From: Oribacterium sinus
GTDB lineage: Bacteria; Bacillota; Clostridia; Lachnospirales; Lachnospiraceae
DNA: 64,000 nucleotides
Direction of reading: 5' to 3'
NCBI RefSeq assembly: GCF_963537195.1
Contig: NZ_CAUTEG010000003.1
Location: 1,890 to 65,889 of the forward strand
Part shown: piece by piece, positions 9,207 to 18,209 of the stretch
How positions within the stretch are numbered: position 1 is the stretch's first letter
Layout: every line of letters begins with the position of its first letter
The notes under the pieces: model-generated
Told to the model about the DNA's origin: nothing
What the model saw: only the letters and a program-made list of their open reading frames with translations
Database searches by the model: none
Position numbers and translations under genes: made by a program

Positions 9207-9235
9207 ATTCTACCCTATTTCTCCTGGCTTGTCAA
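9207..9235 (-). promoter_or_regulatory. sigma-A type promoter
   Basis: Minus strand has TTGACA (9235-9230), a 17-nt spacer, then TAGAAT (9212-9207). Confidence 0.7.
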
Positions 9236-9476
9236 TTCTTTTTCAATCCTATTTGGGCATTTTATCCTGTTTTCTTCATTAAAATAATTATCAATTTGAG
9301 CTTTTTGCATAAATCCATTTTATGCATAGATATAAATGAAGTATACCGTACTTTTTCTGCTTTAAAACAGTATATTTTTTCGTTGCTTGCCGGCTTATTT
9401 CAGAAGTCGGTTTAACCGGTTTTTCATCTGCCTTTAGGCATTTTCAGAAGGAGAATTAGCCAACTTTTATCTGCTT

Positions 9477-10835
9477 TTAGGCATTTTCAGAGGAAAGCTT
9501 TCCGTTTTCCTTCTTCTTATACCAATCCTTTCCCAGCATGATTCTACTGATCAGCATGGAAGCTACCGTATCGCCGCAGGAGTTCAACAGGGTACATCCG
9601 GCGTCAAAGAGCTGAGTCAGCATCAGCATCATAGGCAAGGCCTGTGGAGGAAAACCGAAGGCGGCAAGAATCATGGTTTCCATAGCCGCTCCACCGCCGG
9701 GGACGGAGGAAACCGCCACACTGGCCACTACGGACACCACTATCGCATAGAGGTAATCTCCTATGCCGTGGAAGGAATGGCCGAAAAGAGCGGAAACCAA
9801 TAAAATCTCATACACTGTCGCAAGACATGCGCCATCCATGTGGCAGGTGGCTCCGGTGGGGATAACTACAGAGGAAATTTCTCTGGGTACTCCCAAGTCA
9901 TCGCAGGATTCCAACTGCAAAGGAATGGCTGCTGCAGAGCTTCTGGTTCCCAATGCGGTTAATGCCGGAAGGAAAATTACACGGAAGAAATTTTTCACTC
10001 CCCAGGGGCCTGCTGCCAAAAACGCATAGAAGCCAAGGAAAAGGAAGAAATATACGATAACCGTGGGGTAAAAGGTAAGTAAGGCTCTTCCATAGGTTTT
10101 GATCAAGTCAATGCCGTAGGTTCCGGTTAAATCCGCAAAATAGGCTCCGATTCCAATGGGGGCCAGCTTCATTAAAAGAGAAACCATCTTATAAAAGACC
10201 TTGGACCATTGGTTCAGAAAATTGGCTACATACTCTCCCTCTTTTCCCATTAGGGATACTGCCATTCCGGTAAAGATGGAAAAGATAATCAAAGGCAGGA
10301 TATGGGCACGGCTGATGACCAGGGGAAAATCGGAAACCGTAAACATATCTACAATCTGGCTGGCCATATCCGTTTTCTTTACTTCCTCTACGGCTTCCGA
10401 CACTAAGTTCAACCGGGTATCCAGCCCCACGAAATGCACCACGGTAAACATCAAAACCGCCGCTATCGCAGCCGTACTGACAAAAATAAGAATCAGGTAA
10501 AAAAGCAATTTTCCTACCTTATTGGTATCCGATACATTGGCAATGGAACCGGAAATGGAAAAGAAAATCAAGGGCACCAGCAGGGTAAATAAAAGGTTTA
10601 AAAAAATCTGTCCCACCGGCTTTAAAAAGGCTACCTTTTCCCGAAATACCAATCCCAAAATAGCGCCTATTGTTACAAAAAGCAGGAGAAGCAACGGTTC
10701 CTGATAGGCTCCAAACCCTCCCTTTTTTTGCGGACTCTGTTTCGAGCCGTCTTCTCTCCCTTCTTCTCTCCCTAAGTCTGCTCTACTCTGCGGCATAGTC
10801 CCGCTGCTCTCTACTGTCTCTTTGCTCTCTCCCAT
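9477..10835 (-). CDS. dicarboxylate/amino acid:cation symporter (DAACS family)
   Basis: 452 aa with SSAAAIPL and HMDGA motifs. A charged N-terminal extension precedes the first TM segment. Confidence 0.88.
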   Translation of the reverse strand: MGESKETVESSGTMPQSRADLGREEGREDGSKQSPQKKGGFGAYQEPLLLLLFVTIGAILGLVFREKVAFLKPVGQIFLNLLFTLLVPLIFFSISGSIANVSDTNKVGKLLFYLILIFVSTAAIAAVLMFTVVHFVGLDTRLNLVSEAVEEVKKTDMASQIVDMFTVSDFPLVISRAHILPLIIFSIFTGMAVSLMGKEGEYVANFLNQWSKVFYKMVSLLMKLAPIGIGAYFADLTGTYGIDLIKTYGRALLTFYPTVIVYFFLFLGFYAFLAAGPWGVKNFFRVIFLPALTALGTRSSAAAIPLQLESCDDLGVPREISSVVIPTGATCHMDGACLATVYEILLVSALFGHSFHGIGDYLYAIVVSVVASVAVSSVPGGGAAMETMILAAFGFPPQALPMMLMLTQLFDAGCTLLNSCGDTVASMLISRIMLGKDWYKKKENGKLSSENA

Positions 10836-11078
10836 AGACTCTCCCTTCTTTCAACCAATCACCCTTACACTCCACTTTTACGACATTTCCGCCAAAGAAA
10901 GACCGTATTTTACTGATATGATTAGTGAAATTATTACATTTTTATACTACTTTTAATATTTTATTCAAAATACTTTTTTTTGCAAGAAAAAATTTGCGGA
11001 AGCTTTTTCAAACATTTTCCTGCTCTTCTGCTCACAGTTCTTCTCACTCTATTTCTTTTTCAAAAAATGGAGTAAGAT

Positions 11079-11243
11079 ATGTATCGTAGTGTAAGAAAGC
11101 TAAGCACCGGCAGTAATAAAAGTAATGACGGTAATGAAAGTAATGGCTGTAATGCTATAATAACGGTAATAAAAGTAATGACGGTAATGAAAGTAATGGC
11201 TGTAATGGCTGTAATGACTGTAATGAAATACAAAAAGCGTTGA
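11079..11243 (+). CDS. candidate 54-aa repeat-encoded small protein
   Basis: ATG at 11079 after GGAG. Translation is MYRSVRKLSTGSNKSNDGNESNGCNAIITVIKVMTVMKVMAVMAVMTVMKYKKR. The TGA overlaps the RBS of the DJ-1 gene. Below the track cutoff. Confidence 0.3.
   Translation: MYRSVRKLSTGSNKSNDGNESNGCNAIITVIKVMTVMKVMAVMAVMTVMKYKKR
11112..11228. repeat. 13 tandem copies of a 9-bp unit (GTAATGNNN), organised as two ~54-bp blocks
   Basis: Read directly from the sequence. Block 11112-11154 is repeated at 11166-11208. Confidence 0.9.
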
Positions 11244-11254
11244 AAGGAGTTTCT

Positions 11255-11830
11255 ATGAAAAAGGTACTGGCATTTTTTGCGGAAGGCACGGAAGAAATTG
11301 AATGTTTAATGGTGGTGGATATTTTACGAAGAGCAGGTGTTTCGGTGGAGCTTATTGCAGTTGCTCCGGATAAGCTCGTAAAGGGCTCCCACCAGATTAC
11401 CATCCTCTGTGATAAGAATATTTCCGAGCTTACGGAAAATGATTTTTCCGCCGCAGATTTACTTTTCTTACCCGGTGGAATCCCGGGCGTTCCCCACTTA
11501 GAGGAAAATAAAAGCCTGCTGGAAGCTTTGCAAAAGCAGTTCCAAGCAGGAAAGGATCTGGCCGCAATCTGTGCCGCTCCCGGCATTTTCGGACGTCTGG
11601 GATTTTTGAAAGGGCAACACTTCACCTGCTATCCGGGCTTTGAAGAAGGCATCTCCGACGTAGACGGCGCAAAATGGAGCGGAAAAGCCGTGGAAGTGGG
11701 AAAACAGATCATCACCGGAAGAGGCATGGGTGTTGCACTGGACTTTGCTCTGGCTTTAGTAGAAAGACTGGAGGGTGCAGAAAAAGCAGCTCAGCTAAAG
11801 ACAGGGGTACAACACCCGGAATGCATTTAA
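11255..11830 (+). CDS. DJ-1/PfpI family protein
   Basis: MKKVLAFFAEGTEEIE...AAICAAPG nucleophile-elbow motif. AAAGGAG RBS at 11243-11249. Confidence 0.88.
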   Translation: MKKVLAFFAEGTEEIECLMVVDILRRAGVSVELIAVAPDKLVKGSHQITILCDKNISELTENDFSAADLLFLPGGIPGVPHLEENKSLLEALQKQFQAGKDLAAICAAPGIFGRLGFLKGQHFTCYPGFEEGISDVDGAKWSGKAVEVGKQIITGRGMGVALDFALALVERLEGAEKAAQLKTGVQHPECI

Positions 11831-11880
11831 ACCTATGTTGTTTCAATTATCATTAAGAGGTGAAGCAATAAATTCAGCCA

Positions 11881-12217
11881 GGTTTTCTAAAGGATAGGGA
11901 TGAAATGAGTGGTAATCTAAGCCCGATACTTGCAAAATCTGATGAAGTGAAGAACTGTAAAAATCAATATGTGAAGCGAATAATGCAGTATGGGTCTATA
12001 ATAGGGGCAATCTGAGCCCGTCAGTACTTACTGAAAGCGAGCAAAGCGAAGCTTGAAGTTAGTACTGCTACGAAGGCGAAGTTAGCGGGAGCGTGCCACG
12101 ATTATAGACCCATACTGCATTTGAGCGCATCCTTATGATAAGTACAGTCCTTCAATACATTGGATTAGGCTAGCGAAAGCGTGCCACGAATTTCATCCCT
12201 ATCCTAATTAGAAAACC
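11881..12217. repeat. composite (nested) rod-like hairpin repeat, units A and B
   Basis: Outer arms 11881-11906 and 12190-12217 are complementary. Inner unit 11982-12121 has perfect 21-bp arms. Core boxes GGGGCAATCTGAGCCCG and GTTAGCGGGAGCGTGCC are present. Confidence 0.85.
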
Positions 12218-12223
12218 GTAAAT

Positions 12224-13399
12224 TTATGAATTCGCCTTCTTTGCTTCCCCTCTTTCTATCATCCGATCCACCTGTAACTTAATCAAACCGGCGATGGGGG
12301 CTGCCAGGAAGATTCCCAAAACTCCCCCCACTGCGCCGCCGATAATTAAAGAGATCATTACCAGTAGAGGATGGATATCGATACTGTTGGAAAGCAGTCT
12401 GGGGTTAATCACATTTCCATCAACGGTCTGAATCGCAAACAGGGCTAAGACAGCCGGTAATAATTTAGAAAAATCCCCGTAAAGAGTACACACTAAAATG
12501 GTTGTTCCATAGGCCACAAAGGGACCCACATAGGGTATTAGATTTCCGATTCCGGTAAGAATTCCTATGGCTACGGCATAGCGTACCCCTATAAGACTTA
12601 GGCTAAAACTAACCAAAATAGCCATAATGATGCCGTCAATCATCTGTCCACGGATATAACCGGAAAAGGCTCTATCCGCATCCTTTAGAAATCCGCGAAA
12701 GGCTAAAACTCTCTTTTCCCCCAAGATCAGGCGAAAAATTCTTTCCCAATATAGCGCAATCTTTACCCCATCTGCCAGAAAATAAATAGAAAAAATAATA
12801 CCAAAGAGCAGAGTGCCTATCAGGCTTCCCATATTTCCCACGGAGGATATGAAATTACTGCCCAGGTTTTGTACAAAGCTTAAAAGCTTTGCTAAAAAAG
12901 TTCGTATTCCCTCCTGCAAATCATTTCCCGCAATAGGAATCTCTGAAACTCTTTGGTTCAAATCCTCATAAAAACTTTTTAAAAGAAGCAGTAGGCTCTC
13001 CAATCCCTTGGCAAAATCTTCTCCCTGAATCAGCTGAATATTTTTGGTCAGGACGGATACAAAAAGAGAGGCAAGCAGTACCAGGGAAAGTAAAATCAAG
13101 AGATAGCAAAGCAGAATGCCCAGGTTTCTCCGAAGCTTCTCTTTCTTCTGAAAAAGAGGAATTTTCCCCAATACTCTCTCCAGCAAAGAACAGAGAGGAC
13201 TGAACAAATACGCCAAAGCAAATCCCAAGAGCAAAGGAGAAGTCACTTGGGACAGCCAGGAAAAGTGCCTTGTCCATAATGAGGGAATCCCTTCCAGATG
13301 ATCCACCAAACGGCTTCCCAGATGATACAGGAGGGCCGTCAGCAATACATATACCGAAATCATCAGGTATTTTTTATTCCATAAATCTTTCCAATTCAT
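12224..13399 (-). CDS. AI-2E family transporter (UPF0118/PerM)
   Basis: 391-aa polytopic protein with family-typical topology and a C-terminal GLIKL segment. Confidence 0.85.
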   Translation of the reverse strand: MNWKDLWNKKYLMISVYVLLTALLYHLGSRLVDHLEGIPSLWTRHFSWLSQVTSPLLLGFALAYLFSPLCSLLERVLGKIPLFQKKEKLRRNLGILLCYLLILLSLVLLASLFVSVLTKNIQLIQGEDFAKGLESLLLLLKSFYEDLNQRVSEIPIAGNDLQEGIRTFLAKLLSFVQNLGSNFISSVGNMGSLIGTLLFGIIFSIYFLADGVKIALYWERIFRLILGEKRVLAFRGFLKDADRAFSGYIRGQMIDGIIMAILVSFSLSLIGVRYAVAIGILTGIGNLIPYVGPFVAYGTTILVCTLYGDFSKLLPAVLALFAIQTVDGNVINPRLLSNSIDIHPLLVMISLIIGGAVGGVLGIFLAAPIAGLIKLQVDRMIERGEAKKANS

Positions 13400-13501
13400 T
13401 TCTTTACTTCCCTACTCTTCTACTATCTTTGCTTTAACCGCAGTTATTGCCCTGACCGGTTGTTTTACTTTCATCGTTGTCTTTATACTCGCTACTCTTC
13501 C

Positions 13502-14428
13502 TTATCTTGTCCGAACAAAGATTCTGCCGTTTGCCTTTGGCACATGTCCTGCTCCTACAAAGAATACTAAGGTCAGAATGGTTACCACATAGGGAATCAT
13601 GGAAAGCAAGTGAGGAGATACCATATTTCCGGATCCAAGCAATGCACGAAGACCGTTACACAGTCCGAAAATCAGGCAGCCCAGGAAGGTTCCCTGGGGA
13701 GTGAATTTTCCGAAAATCACCGCCGCAATGGCGATAAATCCCTGTCCCACAATAACGGAGGGGCGGAACTGGGATACGGTAGCCAAGGTCACAAAGGCTC
13801 CTCCCAGGCCGGACAAAAAGCCGGAAAGAATCACCGCAATGTAGCGAACCTTATAGACATTGATTCCCAAGGTTTCACAGGCCCAGGGGTGTTCTCCTGC
13901 TGCCCGGAGCCGCATACCGTAACGGGTTTTAAAGAAAATAAACCAAAGCAAAAGCACCAAAAGAAAGCTAAGATAAGCCACGGAATAGGTGCTTACCACA
14001 TTGTACAGGAAGGAACCTGAAGCAAACTTCCCTTCAAACATCTTCGGAAGCTTTGCGGATAAATCCAAAGCCGGTGTGTCCGAAGAATTGTCAAAAATCG
14101 CCTTGCAAAGGAAAACTGCAAAGCCCGGTCCGACAAAGTTAATGGCCGTTCCCGCAATGGTTTGATCCGCATGAAGGGACACACAAACCACCGCATGAAT
14201 CAAACCAAGAAGGGCTCCGGCACATCCTCCCGCAAAAAATCCCAGCCATCCGTTTCCGGTAAAATAGGCCACACAGGCTCCTACAAAGGCGCCCAGAGTC
14301 ATCATTCCTTCGATTCCGATATTTACCACACCGGAACGCTCGGAGCAACAAGAACCAAGCCCTGCCAAGAGGAGGGGTGGCGTAGAAATCAAAACCGCAT
14401 TTAACAGTAATCCCAGATCATTCAGCAT
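13502..14428 (-). CDS. ABC transporter permease (BMP/nucleoside-type system)
   Basis: 308 aa with an ERSGVVNIGIEGMM motif. Overlaps the upstream permease. Confidence 0.9.
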   Translation of the reverse strand: MLNDLGLLLNAVLISTPPLLLAGLGSCCSERSGVVNIGIEGMMTLGAFVGACVAYFTGNGWLGFFAGGCAGALLGLIHAVVCVSLHADQTIAGTAINFVGPGFAVFLCKAIFDNSSDTPALDLSAKLPKMFEGKFASGSFLYNVVSTYSVAYLSFLLVLLLWFIFFKTRYGMRLRAAGEHPWACETLGINVYKVRYIAVILSGFLSGLGGAFVTLATVSQFRPSVIVGQGFIAIAAVIFGKFTPQGTFLGCLIFGLCNGLRALLGSGNMVSPHLLSMIPYVVTILTLVFFVGAGHVPKANGRIFVRTR

Positions 14429-15491
14429 GGCTCTCTCCCTTCTTTTGGAATCCTCTCTGTACCAGATTTTTAATCACCGGCGTGATGGCGATGAAAATGA
14501 TGATGGTTCCCATGATAATGCTTACCACTTCCGCAGGAACATCCACCGTTGTTAATTTGTTTCCGCCATACTTCATGGCACCATAGAAAAGACCAGAGAA
14601 AATGCAGCCTAGGGGATGGGTTCCTCCAATCAGCGCCACCGTAATGCCCTGGAAGCCATAGCCCTCCTGAGCGGCAAACATGGAGACACGCTCAGACATA
14701 CCCAGGATTTGCACTGCTCCACCAAGACCTGCCAGAATACCGGATAAGGACATAGACAAAAGGAAAACTCTCTTGGAATTGATTCCCCCATATTCCGCAG
14801 CACTGCGGGAATAGCCCACCGCCCGAAGCTGATAGCCAAAAGTGGTTTTGCTCAGAATGAACCAGATCAGAAAGGCAAAAAGCAAAGCCAAGGGTACGCC
14901 GGCATGAAGCTCCGCTCCCCCCGCAAAGGGGATCAAAGCCTGGGGAATCTTCATGGAGGCGGTCGCTAAAATATTCTTACTGGCCTCTGCTCCCTGGTCG
15001 GTATGAATCGTCTTTAAATTCACCACATAGTTGGAAAAATAGAAAGCAATCCAGTTAAACATAATATAGGAAAGCACCTCATTGATACCCTTTTTCACCT
15101 TGAGAAGGCCTACCAAAAAACCCCAAAAAGCGCCGGCAAGAGCCGCTACCACAAGGCAGAGAAGCACATGGAGGGGCGCAGGCAAAGGAAATAAAATCCC
15201 CACCACAACAGCTGCCAAACTGCCCATCACAAACTGACCCTCTGCGCCAATATTAAAAATTCCGGTACGGAAGGAGAAAGCAACGGACAGACCTGTGAAA
15301 ATCAGGGGTGCTCCGTAAATGATGCTGTAAAACATAAACTTAGGCTTACCAAAAACACCCTGATACAATTTTCCGTAGGCCTTCACCGGGGAAACCCCGA
15401 TGGCCTGCAATAAAACAGCCCCTACCAAAAAGCCGATGGCGATGGAAAGAAGGGTGTAAAGCAAGGAACTTTTTAATATTTTCTCTTTCAT
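14418..15491 (-). CDS. ABC transporter permease (BMP/nucleoside-type system)
   Basis: 357 aa with FNIGAEGQ and a typical partner-permease layout. Confidence 0.9.
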   Translation of the reverse strand: MKEKILKSSLLYTLLSIAIGFLVGAVLLQAIGVSPVKAYGKLYQGVFGKPKFMFYSIIYGAPLIFTGLSVAFSFRTGIFNIGAEGQFVMGSLAAVVVGILFPLPAPLHVLLCLVVAALAGAFWGFLVGLLKVKKGINEVLSYIMFNWIAFYFSNYVVNLKTIHTDQGAEASKNILATASMKIPQALIPFAGGAELHAGVPLALLFAFLIWFILSKTTFGYQLRAVGYSRSAAEYGGINSKRVFLLSMSLSGILAGLGGAVQILGMSERVSMFAAQEGYGFQGITVALIGGTHPLGCIFSGLFYGAMKYGGNKLTTVDVPAEVVSIIMGTIIIFIAITPVIKNLVQRGFQKKGESHAE

Positions 15492-15493
15492 AC

Positions 15494-17146
15494 TTACTCC
15501 TTTCCTCCTGCCATATATAGTCCCAAGGTATACTCATCCGCCTCATTTCCGGCGAAGCTCTTCTGAATATTTCCGGAGAAAATAACGCCGATTCTATCAG
15601 ACAAGCCCATAACCTCTTCCAACTCAAAGGAAATCAAGAGAATTCCCCTGCCCTTATTTCTTTGTTCCACCAGATATTTATGCACAAACTCAATGGCTCC
15701 CACATCCAAACCTCTGGTGGGGTTAAAGGCAATGAGGAGCGACTTGTCATTTTCCACCTCTCTGGCAATAATCACCTTCTGCTGATTTCCGCCGGAAAGC
15801 TGTCCTGCTGCACGGCTTTCGCAGCCCTTCGGACGAATGTCAAATTTCTCAATCATCCTGGAGGCATGCTCTTCAATAGCCTTCTTCTGTAAAATTCCTC
15901 CCTTAGAGTAGGGCGCTTCCCCATAATTTTGTAAAATCAGGTTCTCCGCTACGGAGAAGTCCAGTACCAGTCCATGCTTCTGCCGATCCTCCGGAATACT
16001 GGAAAGGCCTGCATCAAAGATTTCTCTGGGGCTTTTATGGAAAATGTCCTTTCCTAAAAGCTGAATTTCTCCCTCTGTGGCCTGAGCCAGTCCGGTTAAG
16101 ATTTCCACAAGCTCAGACTGCCCGTTTCCGTCAATGCCGGCAAGTCCCAGAATTTCTCCGGCTCTTACCTCCAGATTTAGCCCCTTTAGGATTTCCACCC
16201 CTCTATAGTCCTTGGCATGGAGATTTTTCACGGAAAGCACCACTTCTCCCGGCTCCTGAGTCTTCTTTTCCACTACTCGATTCACTTTTCTTCCCACCAT
16301 CATGGCTGCCAAATCGTCCTCCGAGCAGGAACATACATCCACGGTATCAATGTACTTTCCCTGTCGGATAATCATACATTTATGGGCAATGCATTTGATT
16401 TCCTTTAATTTGTGGGTAATAATCAGGATGGACTTTCCGGCCTTGGTCAAATGGGAAATAATTTCCATTAACTCATCAATTTCCTGGGGAGTAAGGGAGG
16501 CGGTAGGCTCGTCTAAAATCAAAATGTCCGCACCACGGTACAAAACCTTCAGAATCTCCACTCTTTGCTGCATGCCTACGCTGATGTCTTCCACCTTGGC
16601 ATCCACATCCACCATCAAATGGTACTGTTCGGAAAGCTCCCGAATCCTTTTCTTCGCTCCGTTTAAGTCCACAGTAAGCCCCTGCATGGGCTCCGCCCCC
16701 AGAATAATATTTTCCGCAACGGTAAAGGGAGGGATCAGCATAAAGTGCTGATGCACCATACCGATTCCCAAGGAAATAGCCTTTTCCGGGCTGTCCATCT
16801 CTACCTTTTGTCCACGAACCAGAATTTCTCCGGAGCTTGGGCGAAGCATGCCGTAGAGAATATTCATAAGAGTAGACTTTCCCGCTCCGTTTTCCCCTAA
16901 AATCGCAAGAACTTCTCCCTTATGAAGCTTTAATTGCACATGGTCATTGGCCACGAAATCTCCAAAGCGCTTCACAATGTCCCGCATTTCAATAACCGGT
17001 TCCTGCTCCCCGATTCTCAAAGAGCTTTCGGCTTTTTCGGAATCCTTCGCTTCTCCGGCATTTTCAAAATTTCCGGAATCCTGCCCCTCTCCTGTTACCG
17101 CATCCGGAGTCCCTTCCCATGCCTTTGTCTCTTCATCTCTTCCCAT
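15494..17146 (-). CDS. ABC transporter ATP-binding protein (two fused ABC domains)
   Basis: GENGAGKST Walker A, an LSVGMQQR signature, and a second domain with LSGGNQQK. Has an acidic N-terminal extension. Confidence 0.92.
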   Translation of the reverse strand: MGRDEETKAWEGTPDAVTGEGQDSGNFENAGEAKDSEKAESSLRIGEQEPVIEMRDIVKRFGDFVANDHVQLKLHKGEVLAILGENGAGKSTLMNILYGMLRPSSGEILVRGQKVEMDSPEKAISLGIGMVHQHFMLIPPFTVAENIILGAEPMQGLTVDLNGAKKRIRELSEQYHLMVDVDAKVEDISVGMQQRVEILKVLYRGADILILDEPTASLTPQEIDELMEIISHLTKAGKSILIITHKLKEIKCIAHKCMIIRQGKYIDTVDVCSCSEDDLAAMMVGRKVNRVVEKKTQEPGEVVLSVKNLHAKDYRGVEILKGLNLEVRAGEILGLAGIDGNGQSELVEILTGLAQATEGEIQLLGKDIFHKSPREIFDAGLSSIPEDRQKHGLVLDFSVAENLILQNYGEAPYSKGGILQKKAIEEHASRMIEKFDIRPKGCESRAAGQLSGGNQQKVIIAREVENDKSLLIAFNPTRGLDVGAIEFVHKYLVEQRNKGRGILLISFELEEVMGLSDRIGVIFSGNIQKSFAGNEADEYTLGLYMAGGKE

Positions 17147-17188
17147 CTTCCAAATGCTCTCCTTCCTCGATTTCCCTTAAGTTCCTAA

Positions 17189-18115
17189 TTAAATCAAGAG
17201 TATGTCCTGCATCCCTTCCTGTTCGGCCAGCTCCTTCAAAGCCTTCAGTTCTTCCTCACCGGGACTCTCAAACTGCCTATATTGCTCCCGTACCCCAAAC
17301 TCCCGGTAGGCAATGATTTTGTAGCGGATTTTCTGTCCCTTCCTTACATAAGAAGACAACTCCCTGGATACCTTCTCCACCGTATCCTTTCCGGAAAAAA
17401 GTCCCGGCACCACTACCGTCCTTACCTCAAAGAGTTTATCATATTCTGCTAAAATTCGCATATTTTTTAGAATTTCCTCATTGGAAAACCCGGTAACCCT
17501 TTTATGCTCTTCCCCATTATAAGCTTTAATATCCAACATCACCCCGTCAATGTAGGGCAATAAATCTTTTTCGTCCTTGGAAAAATCATAATAGCCGTTG
17601 GAATCCAGTAAAAATCCTATGCCCCTCTTTTTACAGAGCATCCCCAATTCTCGTAAGAATTCCGGATAAAGGGTACACTCTCCCCCGGACACGGTGATTC
17701 CCCGGATAAAGGGAAGGTTCTTGGAAGCCTCCTGAAACACTTCCTTCGCACTCATCCGGCGGATTCTGGGGCTGGCATTGTGTGTGCAAGCATGAATACA
17801 TTGGTCACAGCCGATACATTTTTCCGGAGAAAAGGCTACCCTTCCTTCTTCCCAATAAATGGCCTTGGTGGGACAGCCCGGAATGCAGTCTCCGCAGTGA
17901 ATACACAGGGCTCTGGTTTCCGGATTATGGCAGTATTTACAGTCCAGATTGCAGGCCTGTAAAAATATTGCAGTTCGATTTCCCGGACCGTCCACAGAGC
18001 TGAAGGGGATAATCTTGTTTACCGGGACTTTTATTTCTGCCTGTCCCCCCTCGACTCTACTTTCCGGCTTTTCTCTATCTTCTTGCTGCTCTTTCTTTAC
18101 TGCTAATTCTTGCAT
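17189..18115 (-). CDS. yjjW: YjjW-family glycyl-radical enzyme activase (radical SAM)
   Basis: CNLDCKYC radical-SAM cluster plus two ferredoxin-like CxxCxxCxxxC motifs. Confidence 0.87.
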   Translation of the reverse strand: MQELAVKKEQQEDREKPESRVEGGQAEIKVPVNKIIPFSSVDGPGNRTAIFLQACNLDCKYCHNPETRALCIHCGDCIPGCPTKAIYWEEGRVAFSPEKCIGCDQCIHACTHNASPRIRRMSAKEVFQEASKNLPFIRGITVSGGECTLYPEFLRELGMLCKKRGIGFLLDSNGYYDFSKDEKDLLPYIDGVMLDIKAYNGEEHKRVTGFSNEEILKNMRILAEYDKLFEVRTVVVPGLFSGKDTVEKVSRELSSYVRKGQKIRYKIIAYREFGVREQYRQFESPGEEELKALKELAEQEGMQDILLI

Positions 18116-18146
18116 GGTACGAAATTCCTCTCTTCTCCCAGTATAA

Positions 18147-18183
18147 CGAAAAAGAGGAAGCTTGAATACGCCTCCTCTTTCGT
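18147..18183 (-). terminator. internal hairpin/partial terminator between the GRE and its activase
   Basis: Minus strand reads AGAGGAGGC-GTATTCAA-GCTTCCTCT followed by TTTTCGTT. Confidence 0.45.
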
Positions 18184-18209
18184 AAAAACATAATACAATC
18201 CATGAATGT

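Noticed and set aside
11125-11160. Micro-ORF MTVMKVMAVML in the first repeat block (a possible Met/Val-rich leader peptide)
   Set aside because: It has no Shine-Dalgarno sequence, and it is out of frame with the better-supported 54-aa ORF that starts at 11079.
11155-11625. 156-aa minus-strand ORF overlapping the DJ-1 gene and the 9-bp repeat
   Set aside because: It is antisense to a clear DJ-1 family gene. Its C-terminal LQSLQPLQPLL stretch is just the minisatellite read backwards.
12004-12098. Kink-turn-like motif formed by the two conserved core boxes of the hairpin repeats
   Set aside because: The unpaired A/G residues fall in a 5'-AG/5'-AG arrangement after a G-C pair, not the bulge-GA/GA geometry of a K-turn. 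This cannot be supported without structure probing.
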